The notes beneath the pieces were generated by a model that saw only the letters and a program-made list of their open reading frames with translations, did not search any database and had not been told where the DNA came from. DNA of 46,651 nucleotides, from NCBI GenBank assembly GCA_947591055.1, contig CANQCW010000003.1, forward strand, positions 1-46,651, read 5' to 3'. Position numbers and translations under genes: made by a program. The DNA is from an uncultured Clostridia bacterium (GTDB taxonomy: Bacteria; Bacillota; Clostridia; TANB77; CAG-508). Positions 43,122-46,651 of this stretch are shown here, one piece after another (positions within the stretch are counted from its first letter, which is position 1; each line of letters starts with the position of its first letter).

Positions 43122-44873
43122 TTACTCTAATATTGCTTTTATTCTTCTTACGCCACTAGAGCACGCTTCTTCTTTTACAATTTTAAAATGTCCTAATTCT
43201 TTTGTATTTTTTACATGAGGCCCTCCGCATAATTCTTTTGATACTTCTCCTATAGAATATACGGTTACTATATCTGGATATTTTTCAATAAACATACATT
43301 CTGCTCCAGATTTTAATGCTTCTTCTTTTTTCATTGTTTCAACATTAACTGCTAGTTCTTCTTGTATCCATTTATTTACTAAATCTTCTGCTTGTTTCTT
43401 TTCTTCATCTGTCATTTTATGATCACAACTAAAGTCAAATCTCATCCTTTCTGCTGTAATATTTGATCCTCTTTGATGAACATCTTTATTTATTACTTGT
43501 TTTAATGCTGCATTTAAAAGGTGTGTTGCTGTATGATATTTTACTTCCATTTCTCCTGTTCCTGATAAACCACCTTTAAATTTTTGCTCACTTCCAAGTC
43601 TTGATTTTTCTTGATGTGCTTTAAATAATTTATCTACTTCGTCCATATTAACTTTAAGTCCATTTTCTACTGCTAAATCTTTACTAACTTCTGGTGGAAA
43701 TCCATATGTTTCATATAGTTTGAAAATATCATTACTGTCTATTATATCTTTGCCTTCATTTTTTATCCTATTTACAACTTTTTCAAATTCTCTTTCTCCA
43801 CGAATTAAAGTTTTCATAAATTTATCTTTTTCTTGAACTATAACTTCTTTTATAGTATCTCTTTTTTCAACTAATTCTGGATAAAGTTCTTTTAATGTTT
43901 CTATATCTAAGTCTATTAATTCATCTAATTCATTTAAGTCAATTTCTAGTTTATTTAAATGTCTTGTCATCCTACGAATTAATCTTCTTAAAATATATCC
44001 TCTATCTATATTACTTGGTCTTCCACCATCTGAAACTATCATTATACTTGATCTTAAATGTTCTGCTACTATTCTTCTGCTTGCAATGTCATCTTTTTTA
44101 GCTAAATTTTCAAGCTTGTCCATTATTGGTTTAAATATTTCTGTATCAAAAGGAGTTTCTTTTCCTTGTAAAAGCATTGTCATTCTTTCTAAACCTAAAC
44201 CTGTATCAACATTTTTTTGAGAAAGTTTTGTATATTTTCCGTCTTTTTTTAAGTATTCCATAAATACATTATTCCAAATTTCAACATATTTTCCACAATC
44301 ACATGATGGTTGGCAATTTTCTCCACAAGGCTCTTTTCCTGTATCATAAAACATTTCTGTATCTGGCCCACAAGGTCCTTCTTCTCCTGCTATCCACCAA
44401 TTATCATCTTTGCCATAGTAGTAAATTCTTTCATCTGGAATTCCTGCTTTTTTCCAACACTCAGCAGTTAATGTATCTCTAGGACAATCTTCATCCCCTG
44501 CAAAACATGTAACTGAAATTTTTTCACTTGGTATTTCTAATACTTTTGTTAAAAATTCATAGCTCATTGCTATTGATTCTTCTTTAAAATAGTCTCCTAA
44601 TGACCAATTTCCAAGCATCTCAAAATATGTAAGATGACGGTTGTCTCCTACTTCTTCTATATCATTAGTACGCACACATTTTTGAAAATCTGTAAGTCTT
44701 GTTCCTTCTGGATGTTTTGCTCCTAAAAGATATGGTACTAATGGTTGCATACCTGCTGTTGTAAATAAAACTGATGGGTCATTTTCTGGAATTAATGGTG
44801 CACTTGGGATGACCTTATGATTATGATTTTTAAAAAACTCTAAATATTTATTTCTTATTTCTATTGCTTTCAT
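43122..44873 (-). CDS. alaS: Alanine--tRNA ligase, short form lacking the C-Ala domain
   Basis: Start at MKAIEIRNKYLEFF (SD agggaga). Class II core FTTAGMQP, CVRTNDIEEVGD..HLTYFEMLGNWS and GPCGP. Editing-domain zinc motifs HTATHLL and CGGPHV. The protein ends at about 584 aa. Confidence 0.85.
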   Translation of the reverse strand: MKAIEIRNKYLEFFKNHNHKVIPSAPLIPENDPSVLFTTAGMQPLVPYLLGAKHPEGTRLTDFQKCVRTNDIEEVGDNRHLTYFEMLGNWSLGDYFKEESIAMSYEFLTKVLEIPSEKISVTCFAGDEDCPRDTLTAECWKKAGIPDERIYYYGKDDNWWIAGEEGPCGPDTEMFYDTGKEPCGENCQPSCDCGKYVEIWNNVFMEYLKKDGKYTKLSQKNVDTGLGLERMTMLLQGKETPFDTEIFKPIMDKLENLAKKDDIASRRIVAEHLRSSIMIVSDGGRPSNIDRGYILRRLIRRMTRHLNKLEIDLNELDELIDLDIETLKELYPELVEKRDTIKEVIVQEKDKFMKTLIRGEREFEKVVNRIKNEGKDIIDSNDIFKLYETYGFPPEVSKDLAVENGLKVNMDEVDKLFKAHQEKSRLGSEQKFKGGLSGTGEMEVKYHTATHLLNAALKQVINKDVHQRGSNITAERMRFDFSCDHKMTDEEKKQAEDLVNKWIQEELAVNVETMKKEEALKSGAECMFIEKYPDIVTVYSIGEVSKELCGGPHVKNTKELGHFKIVKEEACSSGVRRIKAILE

Positions 44874-45059
44874 TTTATAATTCTCCCTTTTTATTATTTC
44901 ATAAAATGGTTTTATTTTCAATTATTTTATATTTCAAAATCATAACATTATTATAACATATTTTAAACTTTATGTAAACATATTTTATACTTTAAGTTTT
45001 GTTTTTTATTTAAAAATAAATCTTTTTAAGATATTTTTAACTGTTTTAATAATTTTGAT

Positions 45060-45734
45060 TTATACTACATATAAAATAATTGCTATTAACTGAAGTAAAG
45101 TTGCAATATCTACACACAAATGAAAAATTGAGTGCATATATTTTTTTGTTCTTCCAATTCCATACAGAATTGTACCAATAGTATAGACTATTCCTCCTGC
45201 TAAAATTAGCATTGCTCCTGGCATAGTAATAGCTTCAATTAGTAAATCCATTTTAAATATTATAAGCCAGCCCATTACTAAATAACAAATCATTGAAAAA
45301 ACTTTATATTGTTTCAAATCTATTGCATTTAGCACTATTCCGATAATAGCTAATATCCAAACAATTGCAAACATAACCCATGCTGCAACTGGATCTACCA
45401 TCCTTATTGGACTAAGAAGTATTGGCGTATATGTTCCTGCAATTAATATAAATATTGTACAGTGATCTAATACTTGCATTACCTTTTTGGCTTTTCTTTT
45501 TGGATTTAATCCATGATAAACACTCGACATTGTGAATAAAAATATCATAGAAATTCCATATATAATACTTCCAATTATTGAATATGCATCTTTATGAATT
45601 ATAGAAATAACTAGACAAATTATCATACCTATAATTCCAATAGAGCCCCCAACAATATGAGTTACCATATTGAATATTTCTTCACCCTTTGTGTACTTTG
45701 GTAAATTTCTATCATCTAACTTTGTTCTTGGCAT
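45060..45734 (-). CDS. Hemolysin-III/PAQR family membrane protein
   Basis: 224 aa with seven TM helices. Conserved His/Asp-containing motifs occur at helix ends (NMVTH, SSVYHGL, VLDHC, HSIFH), typical of the YplQ/Hly-III family. Confidence 0.8.
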   Translation of the reverse strand: MPRTKLDDRNLPKYTKGEEIFNMVTHIVGGSIGIIGMIICLVISIIHKDAYSIIGSIIYGISMIFLFTMSSVYHGLNPKRKAKKVMQVLDHCTIFILIAGTYTPILLSPIRMVDPVAAWVMFAIVWILAIIGIVLNAIDLKQYKVFSMICYLVMGWLIIFKMDLLIEAITMPGAMLILAGGIVYTIGTILYGIGRTKKYMHSIFHLCVDIATLLQLIAIILYVV

Positions 45735-45813
45735 TTTTTCTCCTAATCTTTTCTATTTTTATGTTATTATTTTCTAAATTTTATGTACTAACTTTTCTTT
45801 TATTAATTTTTTA

Positions 45814-46651
45814 TTATTTTACTTCTTCTCCAATTAATTCTAAGCCGTCTACATCTTTTATTTCTATTTTCAAAATATTATTTTCTAGATTCTTATTTGT
45901 TTTTACTTTTACTAGCATATAGTTTGACGTATGTCCTTTAAAATATCCATCGCTATCCATTTCTTCAAACAATACATCTAACTTTCTACCAATATATTTT
46001 TTATTATATTCTATCTGATTTTGATTTGATAAATCAATTATTTTTTCACTTCTTATATCTTTAATATCTCCTTCTACTTGCTCATCCATTTTTTCAGCAA
46101 CTGTTCCTTTTTTTGGAGAATATTTAAAAGTATGGATTTTATATAATTTTATCTTTTTTAAATAATTATATGTTTTTTCAAACGCTTCTTCTGTCTCACC
46201 TGGAAAGCCTACAATAATATCTGTTGTAATCATTACATCTTCAAATTTATTTCTAATTAGCTCTAATGATTTTTCAAATTCTTCTGTATTATATCTTCTA
46301 TTCATCCTCTTTAAAGTATCATCACATCCACTTTGTAATGATAAATGAAAATGATTACATATTTTTTCTAGTTTTGAAAGTCTTTCTATAAATTTTTCTG
46401 TAATAAGCTTTGGCTCTATTGAACCTAATCTAATTCTTTCTATTTTTTCAATTTTATTAAGCTGTTCTAACAGTTCAATTAACCTAAATCCTCCAGTTGC
46501 TAAATCATCTTTTGGATTAAATTTTTCATAACTTTCTGTATATCCATATATTTTTCTATATTCATCAACTTTTTTTTCATCAAAGTCTTTTCCATAAGAT
46601 GCTATATGTATTCCTGTAAGAACAACTTCTTTTATTCCTTTTTCTGCAATT
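45814..46651 (-). CDS. mtaB: Radical-SAM methylthiotransferase (MtaB/MiaB family), 5'-truncated by the window edge
   Basis: The frame stays open to the window end. Motifs RLGSIEP, HFHLSLQSGCDDTLKRMNRRY and a C-terminal TRAM domain (IGRKLDVLFEE...GHTSNYMLVKV) are present. Confidence 0.8.
   Translation of the reverse strand, partial: IAEKGIKEVVLTGIHIASYGKDFDEKKVDEYRKIYGYTESYEKFNPKDDLATGGFRLIELLEQLNKIEKIERIRLGSIEPKLITEKFIERLSKLEKICNHFHLSLQSGCDDTLKRMNRRYNTEEFEKSLELIRNKFEDVMITTDIIVGFPGETEEAFEKTYNYLKKIKLYKIHTFKYSPKKGTVAEKMDEQVEGDIKDIRSEKIIDLSNQNQIEYNKKYIGRKLDVLFEEMDSDGYFKGHTSNYMLVKVKTNKNLENNILKIEIKDVDGLELIGEEVK

Noticed and set aside
44874-45059. Possible T-box riboswitch upstream of alaS, and the 16-codon N-terminal extension proposed by the ORF track
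   Set aside because: The spacer to the upstream gene is only 138 nt. It lacks any GC-containing T-box core or terminator/antiterminator pair. The extension has no SD, whereas MKAIEIR has agggaga at proper spacing and matches canonical AlaRS N-termini.

Overview
This is a very AT-rich, low-GC Firmicutes chromosomal segment of clostridial, spore-former type (yqfD, sepF and divIVA are present). Most genes lie on the minus strand and are housekeeping. In window order they are: ispA; a BmrCD/YheIH-like heterodimeric ABC exporter; a ttcA-like gene; tcdA; an envelope block (HdeD-like protein, GT-C glycosyltransferase, L,D-transpeptidase, and a roughly 1340-aa cohesin/dockerin/Ig-repeat surface protein); the block recO, yqzL, era, DUF3048, dgkA, ybeY, a 407-aa unknown and yqfD; an OmpR/histidine-kinase pair; MscS; trmB; rsmD; divIVA; sepF; miaA; mutL; tRNA-His and tRNA-Gln; a sortase; a short alaS; a hemolysin-III family gene; and a partial mtaB. 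Two plus-strand islets with visibly higher GC interrupt this backbone. The first (26.7-30.0 kb) holds two leucine-rich-repeat-variant (LRV) proteins, a 49-codon ORF and a cytoplasmic alpha-amylase, each with its own promoter. The second (39.6-42.2 kb, between mutL and the tRNAs) holds two unannotated Cys-packed membrane micropeptides, two orphan proteins and a cytoplasmic FGE/SUMF1-like protein. It ends at a duplicated 5' fragment of tRNA-Gln. Other points worth a second look: mutL carries a 1-nt insertion that destroys its ATPase N-terminus, and two further genes are disrupted. Three genes have a strong Shine-Dalgarno (SD) box held 36-38 nt from the AUG by a hairpin. A 99-nt GC-rich long hairpin sits in the histidine-kinase 3' region. 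The surface protein has an internal sorting-signal-like segment followed by a second signal peptide. I saw no CRISPR array, rRNA, transposase or integrase. All family assignments come from motifs read by eye, and no database search was possible.
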